A stretch of 64,000 nt of DNA from Gemmatimonadota bacterium (GCA_003697105.1 RFFQ01000113.1:1-64000), one strand, 5' to 3'; shown: positions 40,647-51,022, counted from the stretch's first letter. Translations and numbers: made by a program. Notes: generated from the sequence alone by a model not told the origin.

Positions 40647-41921
40647 ATGACAAAACCGGAAGTGATTATTATTGGCGGAGGATTAGCCGGCTTGTGCTGT
40701 GCCATGCGACTTTCGGAAAGTGAGGTGCCTTGCCTGTTGTTGGAAGCCTCTGACGCCGTCGGGGGGCGGGTGCGCACCGATGTGTTTGATGGTTTCCGGT
40801 TAGACCGGGGCTTTCAAGTATTCCTGACCGCTTACCCAGAAGCCCAACGGGTATTAACGTCTTCAGCCTTGCGGTTGCGCCCGTTTTATCCCGGGGCAAA
40901 CGTGTTTTATGAGGATAAATTCCACCGGGTTGCGGACCCACTCAAGCGCCCGTTGGATAGCTGGCGTACCGTATTTTCCGCGGTGGGGACTCTGGGGGAT
41001 AAAGTGCGAATCGGGGCGTTGCGACAACGATTGCAACAGCAATCCATCGAATCGATTTGGAATGCCAAAGAACGTACCATTTTGAATATCCTCAGCACGG
41101 AAGGGTTTTCGCCCACGATTATCGACCGGTTTTTCCGTCCCTTTTGGGGCGGAGTCTTTCTCGATCCGGCACTGCATACTTCCGGGCGAATGTTTGAATT
41201 TGTATTTAAAATGTTTGCGGAAGGGGATGTTGCTATTCCAGAACAGGGTATGGAAATGATTCCGCGTTACCTTGCCCAGCAACTGAAGCCGGATACCATC
41301 CGGGTTGGGGCATGGGTGCGGCATATTGAAGACCAAACAATCACCCTTGCCTCTGGAGAGCGGCTTTCTGCCCCCAATATTGTCGTGGCAACCGATGGCA
41401 CAACGGCATATCAATTGTTGGGGGGTACCGTTTGCCCGCCCCCGCAAGCATGGCGAGCTGTAACGACCCTCTATTTTTCTGCCAATGTATCGCCACTTTC
41501 TGAGCCGGTTCTTTGCCTCAATGGGGAAGGCAAAGGGCTAGTCAACCACCTCGCGGTACTGAGTGATGTCAGCCCCGCTTATGCCCCGTCGGGAGCGGCA
41601 CTAATTTCGGTGACCGTCTTGGGTAACCCCCCTATCCCTGATTCAGAATTGAAAGATCGGGTAAAAACAGAGTTAAAACGCTGGTTTGGGATCCGACCGG
41701 TGCGGCGTTGGCGACATCTTAAAACATACCGGATTTTTCAGGCACAACCCGAGCCACTGGTGACGCGAGAACCGCCCAAATTGCGGGATGGGTTGTATGT
41801 CTGTGGGGATTTTCGGCAAAATGCCTCGATCAACGGGGCGATGGAATCCGGGCGAATTGCCGCGGAAGCCGTATTAAAGGATATCCGGCGAGAAATGGTA
41901 ATGGTGGAGGCGGCTCCATGA
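40647..41921 (+). CDS. FAD-dependent oxidoreductase (amine oxidase family)
   Basis: IIGGGLAGL, EASDAVGGRVRT, DRGFQV, CGD...SINGAMESG. Confidence 0.88.
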   Translation: MTKPEVIIIGGGLAGLCCAMRLSESEVPCLLLEASDAVGGRVRTDVFDGFRLDRGFQVFLTAYPEAQRVLTSSALRLRPFYPGANVFYEDKFHRVADPLKRPLDSWRTVFSAVGTLGDKVRIGALRQRLQQQSIESIWNAKERTILNILSTEGFSPTIIDRFFRPFWGGVFLDPALHTSGRMFEFVFKMFAEGDVAIPEQGMEMIPRYLAQQLKPDTIRVGAWVRHIEDQTITLASGERLSAPNIVVATDGTTAYQLLGGTVCPPPQAWRAVTTLYFSANVSPLSEPVLCLNGEGKGLVNHLAVLSDVSPAYAPSGAALISVTVLGNPPIPDSELKDRVKTELKRWFGIRPVRRWRHLKTYRIFQAQPEPLVTREPPKLRDGLYVCGDFRQNASINGAMESGRIAAEAVLKDIRREMVMVEAAP

Positions 41922-42874
41922 AAATCAGTGGCTTTTCAATGGTCAAAAATGCGACAAAGCTTTACTATCCGGTTGCCGCCTCCATCCAATCGATTTTACC
42001 CCTTGTGGATGAGTTTGTGATTGCGCTTGGCGATTGTGATCCCGATGACCACACCCGGGCGGAAATCGAATCCATCGGCTCGGACAAAATTAAAATCATT
42101 GATACCGTTTGGGATTTGGAGAAATACCCCCGCGGGATGGAAAATGCGCATCAGACCGACATCGCTAAAAATGCCTGTTCCGGGGATTGGCTGTTTTATT
42201 TGCAAGCGGATGAGGTCGTACACGAGCAGGATTTACCCGTTATTCAGCGTGCTTGCGAAACATTACTGGATGACCCTCGCATTGAAGGGTTACTCTTTAA
42301 GTATCGTCATTTTTGGGGTGATTATAACCATTACCATATTTCGCACGGCTGGTATCCCTATGAAATTCGGATTGTGCGCAATGACCCGGATATCCACTCG
42401 TGGGAATCTGCCCAATCGTTCCGGCGCATTCCCAACTTTGATGGTATTCATTATCGCCAGCAAGAAGGGACGTTCAAGCTCAATGTGGCACGGATTGATG
42501 CCTATATCTATCATTATGGCTGGGTGCGCCCACCCCAGTACATGCAAAACAAGCGTAAAGCGCTGGATACCATCCACAAAGGCAAAGCCAAAGTTGATCA
42601 GTTATACCAGAACCAGCAAGCGGCGTTCGATTATGGCCCCTTGGGGGTATTGGCGACCTTTGATGGCACCCATCCACAGGTGATGGCACCGTGGTTAGCG
42701 CGTTTTGATTGGGCTGACCAGCTCAATTATAGCAAAAAACGGAATCCCCAACAGCCAAAACATAAACATGAAACGCTAAAGTACCGCCTGTTGACTTTTC
42801 TTGAACACCGTCTGCTGGGGGGACGGCAGATTGGTGGCTTCAAAAATTATAACTGTATTTTGACCCTCGATTAA
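41918..42874 (+). CDS. Glycosyltransferase family 2
   Basis: ISGFSMVKNA, DWLFYLQADE, YHYGWVR; ATGA overlap with the upstream gene. Confidence 0.85.
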   Translation: MKISGFSMVKNATKLYYPVAASIQSILPLVDEFVIALGDCDPDDHTRAEIESIGSDKIKIIDTVWDLEKYPRGMENAHQTDIAKNACSGDWLFYLQADEVVHEQDLPVIQRACETLLDDPRIEGLLFKYRHFWGDYNHYHISHGWYPYEIRIVRNDPDIHSWESAQSFRRIPNFDGIHYRQQEGTFKLNVARIDAYIYHYGWVRPPQYMQNKRKALDTIHKGKAKVDQLYQNQQAAFDYGPLGVLATFDGTHPQVMAPWLARFDWADQLNYSKKRNPQQPKHKHETLKYRLLTFLEHRLLGGRQIGGFKNYNCILTLD

Positions 42875-42910
42875 CGCCCGTTGGGCTATTTACCCTCGCC
42901 AAATTCAATC

Positions 42911-42939
42911 TTGACTTTTTTGTACAGATTCTCTATACT
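42911..42939 (+). promoter_or_regulatory. Sigma70-type promoter
   Basis: TTGACT-17 nt-TATACT. Confidence 0.7.
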
Positions 42940-42998
42940 ACATCGCAAATTAGGGTTTGCATTGTAAAATTGACCGGATGAAAGGGCACATTTTAGCC

Positions 42999-44141
42999 AT
43001 GTCGATGTTAAAAGTTTTAGGACAGACGGCGTTGTATAACAGCTATTATCATCTGAAATTCCCGAAGATTATGCCGGCGAATTTCACGATCAGCATTCTC
43101 TACACCTGTAATTCGCGGTGCAAAACGTGCAATGTCTGGAAAAAGCGCGTGGATAATCTGACGGTGGAAGAGTACGACAAAATTTTTCATTCGGTAGGTC
43201 ATGATCCCTATTGGATTACGATCAGTGGGGGCGAACCGTTTTTACGAGCGGATATTGATGAGATTGCCAAAGTGGTGTACCAGCGCTCCTCGCCGGGGAT
43301 TTTGAATATCCCGACCAATGGCTTATTGACCCGCCGCATCCCGGAAAAAGTGGAAGCGATTGCGCGGAGTTGCCCCAAACAGGAATTGGTGATCAATCTC
43401 TCTTTGGATGGTGTGGGCGAGGAACATGATGAAATCCGAGGGGTAAAGGGCAATTTCAAGCGCTCCTTGGAAACGTGGGCAGAACTTAAAAAACTTCAAA
43501 AAGGGCTGAAAAACCTAACGTTAGGCGTGCATACGGTGATCTCGGTTTACAATGTCAAACGCATTGCCGAGATCGAAGATTATTTGGTAGAACATTTGGA
43601 ACCGAATAATTTTATCAGTGAAATTGCGGAGGAGCGGATCGAACTGGCGACGATTGGGACGGGTATCACCCCGCTGGCAGAAGATTATGAGCAGGCAGTC
43701 AGTCATTTGCAACAGAAAATCCGCCAATCCGAATTTAAGGGGGTGGCTCGTATTTCGCAGGCATTCCGGTACCGGTATTACAATTTTGTGAAGCAGTATA
43801 TGTACGATAAGCGGCAGATTATCCCCTGTAAAGCGGGGGTGGCATCTACCCACATTGCACCGGATGGCAATGTGTGGGGATGTTGTATTCGTGCCGAAAG
43901 TTTGGGAAATTTGCGCGACCATGATTATAACTTTCCGAAAATCTGGTTTAACCAAAAGGCAGATGCCTTCCGCCGAAGTGTAAAGAATAAGGAATGCCAT
44001 TGCCCGCTGGCGAATGCGAGCTATACCAATATGTTAGCACATTATCCAACGCTGGCGGCGGTCGGCACGGATTTGCTATTGAATCGCTATCCCAAACCCT
44101 ACACCCAAACGAAACCTAATGGAGATCATGAGCCATCCTGA
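42999..44141 (+). CDS. Radical SAM protein with SPASM/twitch-type C-terminal domain
   Basis: CNSRCKTC, SGGEPFLR, SLDG...HDEIRG, PCKAG...PDGNVWGC...ECHC; start at 42999 or 42978. Confidence 0.88.
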   Translation: MSMLKVLGQTALYNSYYHLKFPKIMPANFTISILYTCNSRCKTCNVWKKRVDNLTVEEYDKIFHSVGHDPYWITISGGEPFLRADIDEIAKVVYQRSSPGILNIPTNGLLTRRIPEKVEAIARSCPKQELVINLSLDGVGEEHDEIRGVKGNFKRSLETWAELKKLQKGLKNLTLGVHTVISVYNVKRIAEIEDYLVEHLEPNNFISEIAEERIELATIGTGITPLAEDYEQAVSHLQQKIRQSEFKGVARISQAFRYRYYNFVKQYMYDKRQIIPCKAGVASTHIAPDGNVWGCCIRAESLGNLRDHDYNFPKIWFNQKADAFRRSVKNKECHCPLANASYTNMLAHYPTLAAVGTDLLLNRYPKPYTQTKPNGDHEPS

Positions 44142-45309
44142 AGCCAAACGGGTGTATCTGGACTATCCGGCAACCACACCCGTCGATCCACGAGTGGTGG
44201 ATGCCATGTTACCCTTTTTTACCGAGTGTTACGGAAATGCCGCCAGCACGAGCCACGATTGGGGCTGGGAGGCAGAACGCGCGGTAGAAGATGCCCGTTC
44301 CATTGTGGCAGAGGCACTCCACGCCCGTGAATCCGAGATCATCTTTACGAGCGGGGCAACTGAATCCAACAATTTGGCATTAAAAGGTGTGGCACAAAGG
44401 GCTACGGAGCGGCGTCATCTGGTCACTGTGACAACGGAACACTCCTCCGTGCTGGAAGTGATGCGCCAACTAGAGCGGGATGGGTTTGAAGTGACCTATC
44501 TACCGGTGCAACCGGATGGTTTGCTCGATCTGGAGCGGGTGCGAGAAACGATCTCCCACCGCACGCTGTTGATCTCGGTTATGCTGGTTAATAATGAGAT
44601 TGGGGTCATCCAACCGGTAGCGGACATCGCCCAGATGGCACATGAGCACGGCATTTTGGTTCATACGGATGCCACGCAAGCCGTCGGTAAAATTCCGGTG
44701 GATGTAAGGGCACTGAAGGTTGACCTGCTCTCCTTTTCAGCCCATAAATTTTATGGACCCAAAGGTACCGGTGGGTTGTATCTGCAGCAGACCTCCCCTA
44801 AAATCAGGCTCAAACCCCTTTTTCAGGGTGGCGGGCAGGAATATGGCTTGCGGTCGGGGACGTTGAATGTGCCCGGTATTGTGGGGCTAGGGAAGGCACT
44901 GGAACTTTGCCTTGCGGAAATGGCGGCGGAACAAAAACGCTTGCAGGAGTTACGTCACTATCTGGAAGAAAATATATTAAAACGGATTCCTGATGCTTGG
45001 GTCAATGGGCATCCTCACCAACGTGTCCCGTATATTGTGAGTTTGACCATCCCCGGTGTGGCAGGAGAAGCGCTATTGCTTTCACTCAAACAGGTGGCGG
45101 TTTCTGCCGGTTCTGCCTGTGCCTCGGGAGGTGTAGAACCCTCGCATGTTCTCCGGGCACTCGGTGTGGGCGATTCGGCGGCTCGATCTTCGCTCCGGTT
45201 GGGTTTGGGGCGGTTTACCACCCGTGAGGATATTGACTTTGCCCTAGATTATCTGACCGAAACGGTTCAATTTTTAAGCAAATCAACAACCACATTATCA
45301 ACAGGTTAA
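44128..45309 (+). CDS. iscS: Cysteine desulfurase
   Basis: YLDYPATTP, FTSGATESNN, SAHKFYGPKG (PLP Lys), SAGSAC. Confidence 0.93.
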   Translation: MSHPEAKRVYLDYPATTPVDPRVVDAMLPFFTECYGNAASTSHDWGWEAERAVEDARSIVAEALHARESEIIFTSGATESNNLALKGVAQRATERRHLVTVTTEHSSVLEVMRQLERDGFEVTYLPVQPDGLLDLERVRETISHRTLLISVMLVNNEIGVIQPVADIAQMAHEHGILVHTDATQAVGKIPVDVRALKVDLLSFSAHKFYGPKGTGGLYLQQTSPKIRLKPLFQGGGQEYGLRSGTLNVPGIVGLGKALELCLAEMAAEQKRLQELRHYLEENILKRIPDAWVNGHPHQRVPYIVSLTIPGVAGEALLLSLKQVAVSAGSACASGGVEPSHVLRALGVGDSAARSSLRLGLGRFTTREDIDFALDYLTETVQFLSKSTTTLSTG

Positions 45310-45330
45310 GTTAAAAGGAGTGACATATTT

Positions 45331-45693
45331 ATGGCAGGACTTACGCAAGAAAAACCGGCTTTGCAGTGCCCGGTAACCTTGACCCCCCAAGCAATTCAGC
45401 AGATCAAAAAAATCATTGCCGAAGAGAATGATCCCAATCAGGTCCTCCGCATGGGTGTTAAAGGGGGTGGCTGTTCGGGATTGTCTTATGTCTTACAACT
45501 GGATGATTATCACCCGGAATACGATCAGCGGTTTGAGGTGGATGGTATCCCCATTGTGATCGATTCCAAGAGTATATTATACATCGCCGGAATGACGTTA
45601 GATTATAGTACGGAGATGCTGGGCGGTGGCTTCCGGTTTGATAATCCCAATGCGACCAAGAGTTGCGGTTGCGGGACCTCATTTGCGGTGTGA
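45331..45693 (+). CDS. iscA: A-type Fe-S cluster carrier (HesB/IscA/ErpA family)
   Basis: GGGCSGLSY, FDNPNATKSCGCGTSF. Confidence 0.9.
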   Translation: MAGLTQEKPALQCPVTLTPQAIQQIKKIIAEENDPNQVLRMGVKGGGCSGLSYVLQLDDYHPEYDQRFEVDGIPIVIDSKSILYIAGMTLDYSTEMLGGGFRFDNPNATKSCGCGTSFAV

Positions 45694-45724
45694 TTTCATA
45701 CAGAGTTTCAATAACATTTGGTGT

Positions 45725-45758
45725 AAGCCCTTGGGGTTTTGGATGCCCCAAGGGTTTT
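45725..45758. terminator. Terminator hairpin between convergent iscA and rlmN
   Basis: AAGCCCTTGGGG...CCCCAAGGGTTTT. Confidence 0.75.
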
Positions 45759-45763
45759 GGTGT

Positions 45764-46801
45764 TTAAACCGCTTGTTCCACCCGTAATTGCCCGCAGGCG
45801 GCGGCAATATCCCGTCCACGGTTTTCTCGCACGGTCACGGCATACGTTCGGGGGAGCAGGTACTCCCGAAAGCGGGTGACCCCATCCTCTTGGGGACGTT
45901 CAAAGCCGCTGTTGCGGTGGGGGTTAAAGGGAATCAAATTGATTTTGCAGGGTACCCCGTGGACAATTTTAACCAGCCGTTTGGCATCTTCTATCGTGTC
46001 GTTTTGCCCGGCAAGCAGGACGTATTCAAAAGTGACCCGTCGTCCGGTCTGTTGGGTGTAATATTTGGCGGCCGCGATGAGTTTCTCGATAGGGTATTTG
46101 CGGTTGACCGGTATCACGGCAGAGCGGGCTTCATTAGAAGAGCTATTCAACGAAATAGCTAAACCGACTTTCAAGCCCTCATCTGCCAATTGGTAGATGC
46201 GCGGGACAAGCCCGACGGTGGAAACCGTAATCCGTTTTTGCCCGATTTGTAAGCCGTAATCATGGCTCATCAGCTTTAACGTGGGGATCAGGTTATCATA
46301 ATTTGCTAACGGTTCGCCCATGCCCATCATGACGACGTTGATCCGTTCCCGTTTGTCCAACATTGCCTGATCGCGCAGGATATAAAGTGCCTGATCGATG
46401 ATTTCCCCGACGGAAAGATTCCGCTGGTAACCCATTTTTGCCGTGGCGCAAAAAGTACACCCCATACCACAACCCACTTGGGATGAGATGCAAAGCGTCG
46501 TGCGCCGTTCCCCCGGCATAAACACCGCTTCAATTTGTTCACCATCAGCCAATTCAAACAGATATTTTCGAGTCCCATCTTGGGAATCCTGCCGGAGAAG
46601 TTGTTTTAACTCGCTGACCGTCGCCACTTCCGCTAGTTTTTCCCGGAAGGAGTGGGAAATATCGGTCATTTCTTTGAAATCAGAGACACCTTTACCGTAA
46701 ATCCACCTCATCAGTTGCTTGGCGCGGTACGGTTTTTCTCCCAGTTGGGTTACAAATTCGGTCATTTGATTCAAGGAGAGTCCTTTCAGATTTTTTTTCA
46801 T
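45764..46801 (-). CDS. rlmN: Dual-specificity RNA methyltransferase RlmN
   Basis: CISSQVGCGMGCTFC, MGMGEPL, EYVLL, NLIPFN, AACGQL. Confidence 0.96.
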   Translation of the reverse strand: MKKNLKGLSLNQMTEFVTQLGEKPYRAKQLMRWIYGKGVSDFKEMTDISHSFREKLAEVATVSELKQLLRQDSQDGTRKYLFELADGEQIEAVFMPGERRTTLCISSQVGCGMGCTFCATAKMGYQRNLSVGEIIDQALYILRDQAMLDKRERINVVMMGMGEPLANYDNLIPTLKLMSHDYGLQIGQKRITVSTVGLVPRIYQLADEGLKVGLAISLNSSSNEARSAVIPVNRKYPIEKLIAAAKYYTQQTGRRVTFEYVLLAGQNDTIEDAKRLVKIVHGVPCKINLIPFNPHRNSGFERPQEDGVTRFREYLLPRTYAVTVRENRGRDIAAACGQLRVEQAV

Positions 46802-46805
46802 GCTG

Positions 46806-48395
46806 TCATCCTTTTTGTGATGTCATGGTGGTAATGGTGGTAAATGTGCCGGTCAATATGGCTTGGGTACTTGGGGCAAATTGCAGACTGGGATGAACGG
46901 TACAGGGGATGGCGCGAAACCGTTCCTGCCACTGTGGATCCGGATGTTTGCGAATTTGGGCGCAAAATTGCTCGATTTCTGGATTATTCGCCCGGCGAAT
47001 CTCCACGCCATCAAAATCGAATATCGTTTTAATCTTCAACCAGTTTACCTCTGCCCGGGTGCCGTTGATCACAAGGGTTTTTTCTTGTTGTTCATCCAAC
47101 ACGGCGATGATGGTGTGAATACCGTGTAGGAGCGGTTCGATCTGCTTGCACCGGTTGCAGTAATAAATGTCTCCCGTAAACCAGCGGTTCAGCGGGACCT
47201 TTTCGTGAGTGACCCGGGTGAAGCAATCGCGGCACATCAGTGTATTGGGGGTGCGGCAAAGGGGTTTGCACTGCCGGACTAAGGCACAGGCGGCCGCAGA
47301 TTTCACTTTAGGGTCGGAATCCCGCAAGCGCCGGTAAAGGCGTTCAAAGGCGTGCGGCACAGGTTGTTTTGCCAGTTGTTTGCAGGCACTTACCCGGTGG
47401 GAGGGTTCTTTACTGTTGAGCTGGCGGATCAGACGTTGCTGTTGGTGTTGCACCTCGCTTTTTACCGGTGAAATGGGGAACACCCGTTGTTGATTTTCCG
47501 CTTCCTGTTCGCGCCAGGCGTAATATTCCACGTGCCCAAATTTTTGTTGGAGTTGTTCCACTTGGGATGGTGCCAACTTGCACTGATCATCTACAAAGCA
47601 GACCATTTGGGGATAACGCTGGGTGCGAATCCGGTCGGTATCGGATTGAAGCTGGTTGATGAAGGCGTCGATCTGATTTCCGCGGGCACGCAGAATTTCA
47701 ACCCGTTCGATCTCGCCTAGGCTTGATTGAAGTAATCCATTGATTCTAAACTGGTTGTCGGTTTGAGCGGTTCGTTTTTTCCAGCGTTGGTCTAGCACCC
47801 AGACGATCTCACCGGCGGCTTTGATCACCGTCCGGCTTTGCCGGCACGAGCGGCAGGCGATGAATTGAAAGGTGGTTTTGTGGCCGCTTAACGTCTGCTT
47901 GCTCAAGCGCGTTAGGCAGTTTTGGCAGAGGTACTGTTCTGTATTATCACCAAATTCCTGTAGGGTGTACTGGCAAATGGATTGAACCAACCAGTTTGCT
48001 GTTGCCCAATGAGGATGATCCGGGTTTGTCACCAGTGGCGTTAAGGCGGTGAATGTTTCGCTACCTAGTTGGGTGATGGCGTATGCCGCCACGAGCCGGG
48101 TGATCCAATCGGAGTCATCCAAATCCGTAAGGTACTTGGTCACCGGCGAAAGTTTATTTAGGCTGTTTATTCGATCTTTAAGGCGCTTTAACCATCTGAT
48201 TTTAAAATGATTATCTTCACCGGCGTCGAAAAGTATGGGCAGTGTTTCAGAAAGCGGCGGGCGGTGATGCCAGCACTCTGGCTGGGGTCGTTTGCGTGTT
48301 CGTTTGGGGTCATTAATGATTTTGACCAGGTGGCTGGCATACTCTCGATCCGGAGTAAATTGCCATTCGCGAGCCAGAATATCGAGTTTATTCAT
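46806..48395 (-). CDS. HEAT-repeat/zinc-ribbon protein built from an internally duplicated module
   Basis: Two HEAT-like segments, each followed by CxxC...CxxC (CQNC/CRSC; CRDC/CNRC) and a V(W/A)VLD-type...VEI.RA segment. Confidence 0.7.
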   Translation of the reverse strand: MNKLDILAREWQFTPDREYASHLVKIINDPKRTRKRPQPECWHHRPPLSETLPILFDAGEDNHFKIRWLKRLKDRINSLNKLSPVTKYLTDLDDSDWITRLVAAYAITQLGSETFTALTPLVTNPDHPHWATANWLVQSICQYTLQEFGDNTEQYLCQNCLTRLSKQTLSGHKTTFQFIACRSCRQSRTVIKAAGEIVWVLDQRWKKRTAQTDNQFRINGLLQSSLGEIERVEILRARGNQIDAFINQLQSDTDRIRTQRYPQMVCFVDDQCKLAPSQVEQLQQKFGHVEYYAWREQEAENQQRVFPISPVKSEVQHQQQRLIRQLNSKEPSHRVSACKQLAKQPVPHAFERLYRRLRDSDPKVKSAAACALVRQCKPLCRTPNTLMCRDCFTRVTHEKVPLNRWFTGDIYYCNRCKQIEPLLHGIHTIIAVLDEQQEKTLVINGTRAEVNWLKIKTIFDFDGVEIRRANNPEIEQFCAQIRKHPDPQWQERFRAIPCTVHPSLQFAPSTQAILTGTFTTITTMTSQKG

Positions 48396-49806
48396 GGGAG
48401 TGACGCCTCATCCGGGCAATAAAAAAGCCGTCGGTGTGGTGATCTGCCGGGTTCAAGGTCACCATTGTCGCCCGGGGTGCAAGCCCGGGGATGTAAATGT
48501 GATGGCTTTCCAAAACGGGTGGCACGGGGTCCAGGGTAAAGGTAGGATGTTCACTCAGAAATTGATGTACTACCTGCTCATTTTCCGCCGGAAGCAAAGA
48601 GCACGTGGAATAAACCAGTACGCCGCCCGGCTTGACCGCCTGTGCATAGCGGGATAAAATCGCAAACTGCTTTTTTTCCAGTCGCGGAACGGTTTTGGGC
48701 TTTAGTTTGTATTTAATAAGCGGATTGCGCCGGCTGGTGCCGAGGCTGGAGCAGGGCGCATCCACCACCACCAGATCACACTTGTTCGCCAGATGTGCCA
48801 ATCTGGCGGGCAACGAGTCGCCCCTTTCCGGGCGGGTAATGTGAACGGTTTCTATGGATTGAAAACCCTGCCGTTGTGCCCGAAAACGGATTTCTTTTAG
48901 GCGGTTATATTCCGTGTCGCTGGCGATGATGTGCCCTTGATCATGCTGTAATGTCGCTAAATGGAGCGTCTTACCGCCGGCGCCAGCACAGGCATCTAAA
49001 ATGCGCCAGCGGGGTTGCGGGGAGGCGACGAAGCCGACCAACTGGCTGGCTTCATCTTGAATTTCGATTTCCCCGCGGGTAAGTACCGGCTTGCCCCCAA
49101 GTTGGACGCGCTCTTCACAAATGATCGCCGCTGGAGAGAGCTTCCCCGGATGTCCGGTGATTCCTGCCTCCCGGAGTTGCTCCAGTACCCGTTCTACAGA
49201 TGTTTTATGCCGGTTGACCCGCATACTAAGCGGGGCGCTTTGCCACAGGGCTTCTCCCACACGGATTGCCCACTGCCAAGAGTATGTTTCTGCCCATATT
49301 TCCAATATCCATGCCGGAACAGAGGTGTACGCGGCTATCACCTGCGGGTCTATCGTGCCGGCATTCAATTGAGCCGCGCTCTCTTGTTTCAGACGATGCC
49401 AACCGTCTCGAATCTGATGTTGCCACTGCGCGGCGCCGCTTGAATCGATCTCAAAAAATTCGACCAGTGTCGCTGTTATTTCGGCGGTGTAATCTTGGGC
49501 TAACAGATGTTCTTCAATTCCGATGCAGGTGGCGGCACACAGGACTAAAAGTTGATCCGGTAACACATTGTCTTTATTTATCTTACCGGGTTTTATTTCC
49601 GGTGAGATATGCGATACGCCGTAGCGGGCGGGCTGGTACATTCGCAGGGCATGGTACACCAGTTCCGAGATGATCTGTTTTTCCTTCTGGTGGAGTTGCC
49701 GGCGCTGTTGCAGGTAACTGGAGGTGACTTTTTCCGGGGCTTGGTGCGATTTCCAGAGCTGGTGAAAAAGGCGGGCACTATGTTTAAAAAGCGTTGGGAA
49801 GCGCAT
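48388..49806 (-). CDS. RsmB/NOP-family RNA m5C methyltransferase
   Basis: IQDEASQL, LDACAGAGGKT, VDAPCS, YSTCS...ENE, TDGFFIA. Confidence 0.9.
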   Translation of the reverse strand: MRFPTLFKHSARLFHQLWKSHQAPEKVTSSYLQQRRQLHQKEKQIISELVYHALRMYQPARYGVSHISPEIKPGKINKDNVLPDQLLVLCAATCIGIEEHLLAQDYTAEITATLVEFFEIDSSGAAQWQHQIRDGWHRLKQESAAQLNAGTIDPQVIAAYTSVPAWILEIWAETYSWQWAIRVGEALWQSAPLSMRVNRHKTSVERVLEQLREAGITGHPGKLSPAAIICEERVQLGGKPVLTRGEIEIQDEASQLVGFVASPQPRWRILDACAGAGGKTLHLATLQHDQGHIIASDTEYNRLKEIRFRAQRQGFQSIETVHITRPERGDSLPARLAHLANKCDLVVVDAPCSSLGTSRRNPLIKYKLKPKTVPRLEKKQFAILSRYAQAVKPGGVLVYSTCSLLPAENEQVVHQFLSEHPTFTLDPVPPVLESHHIYIPGLAPRATMVTLNPADHHTDGFFIARMRRHSHE

Positions 49807-49811
49807 GGAAA

Positions 49812-50258
49812 CTAACGGCGAAGCATCTGAATATGTAAAATTCCGTCTTCATCGTAAGGCGGACTGACGGTTTCAAAACCAAAACCGGTATAAAAATTTT
49901 CCAAATAGGTTTGGGCTGAGATGCGCACGGGGGGTTGGTTGAATTTTTCATCAATTGTGTGCAAAACGTGTTGCATCATTGCCCGCCCCAAACCCTTGCC
50001 GCGATACGCGGGGGCAACAACAATGCGCCCCAGACCGATTTCGGGAAAGTACGTACCGGCGGGGAGTATCCGCAAGTATGCCGCCAGTTCCGTTCCGTCC
50101 CAGCCGGTAAAGTGCCATGCGGCTTGGTCCTGATTATCGGCATCCAAAAAAGGGCAATTTTGTTCCACCACAAATACTTCCTGCCGCAACCGCAAGACCG
50201 TGTACAATTCTTCCAGGGTTAATTCAGAGAAGGCAGACCATTGCCAGCGGATTTTCAC
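49812..50258 (-). CDS. ElaA-like GNAT acetyltransferase
   Basis: LRLRQEVFVVEQNCPF.D.D, RGKGLG, ISAQTYL..FY, EDGILH. Confidence 0.9.
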   Translation of the reverse strand: MKIRWQWSAFSELTLEELYTVLRLRQEVFVVEQNCPFLDADNQDQAAWHFTGWDGTELAAYLRILPAGTYFPEIGLGRIVVAPAYRGKGLGRAMMQHVLHTIDEKFNQPPVRISAQTYLENFYTGFGFETVSPPYDEDGILHIQMLRR

Positions 50259-50971
50259 GCTTCTGACCTCGCGAATTGAACTAAGGCTTGGCGGGCTTCT
50301 TCGGCGGTATGAACCGGTGCAGGGAAGGTAAAGCGATAGCGTTTATGCTGATAATGGGTATCGATACCAAACGCATCAATACCCACCATTGTTACGGGTT
50401 CATTTTCCGGGATTTCCATGGATTTCATGGACTTAAAATAATGGCGCAAGGCGGCTTGATGATCGGTATTCATGTGGTCAATGATCGCTTTTTCTGTGGT
50501 TTCGTCAAAGGGGTTAGGCTGGAGAAAATCCGCCGGTTCAATCCAAAAAATTTTACCAAATCCACCAATATACCGGATACGCGTGAGGTGGATCGTCCAA
50601 AAATCAAAATCATGGGCGGTATGGTAGCCGCGTGCTTGTGGGAAATAGCGGTAATATCGTTCGGCGATGGCGTCCACATCTTCTGTTCGGCGGGCTTGTC
50701 CCAAATAGGTGATACGTCCATGTGCTTGCACATCGGCATCCGGTGACGCTTCCACCAGCGTTAAGGAGACATGGGGATCGTGCTGGATGTTTTTGGTGTG
50801 CTGGGCAATACGACTGATGAGAATCACCATTTGCCCGTGGCGATCCACACAGTAGGGGGCAACCGATCCGAAGGGGTAGCCGGGCATTTGCACGGAGTGG
50901 GTGGCCAGGATACCGTGCCCGACGGTACGGTACAACTCGGCTGCGGTCTGAATAGCAGTGGTGTGGGGCAT
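50255..50971 (-). CDS. HugZ-family heme-utilisation / PNPOx-like protein
   Basis: GYPFGS, SRIAQHTKNI, RYIGGFG, C-terminal HMNTDH. Confidence 0.88.
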   Translation of the reverse strand: MPHTTAIQTAAELYRTVGHGILATHSVQMPGYPFGSVAPYCVDRHGQMVILISRIAQHTKNIQHDPHVSLTLVEASPDADVQAHGRITYLGQARRTEDVDAIAERYYRYFPQARGYHTAHDFDFWTIHLTRIRYIGGFGKIFWIEPADFLQPNPFDETTEKAIIDHMNTDHQAALRHYFKSMKSMEIPENEPVTMVGIDAFGIDTHYQHKRYRFTFPAPVHTAEEARQALVQFARSEA

Positions 50972-50986
50972 AATCGCTCCTATAGC

Positions 50987-51022
50987 AAAGCGACGAAATG
51001 AAATCGATCACTTCGTCGCTTT
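50987..51022. terminator. Hairpin between ferritin and the hugZ-like gene
   Basis: AAAGCGACGAA...TTCGTCGCTTT; U-tract is short, so it may be a stabilising or attenuating hairpin. Confidence 0.5.

Noticed and set aside
42875-44141. SPASM enzyme as a peptide maturase
   Set aside because: No short precursor ORF or PqqD/RRE domain adjacent.
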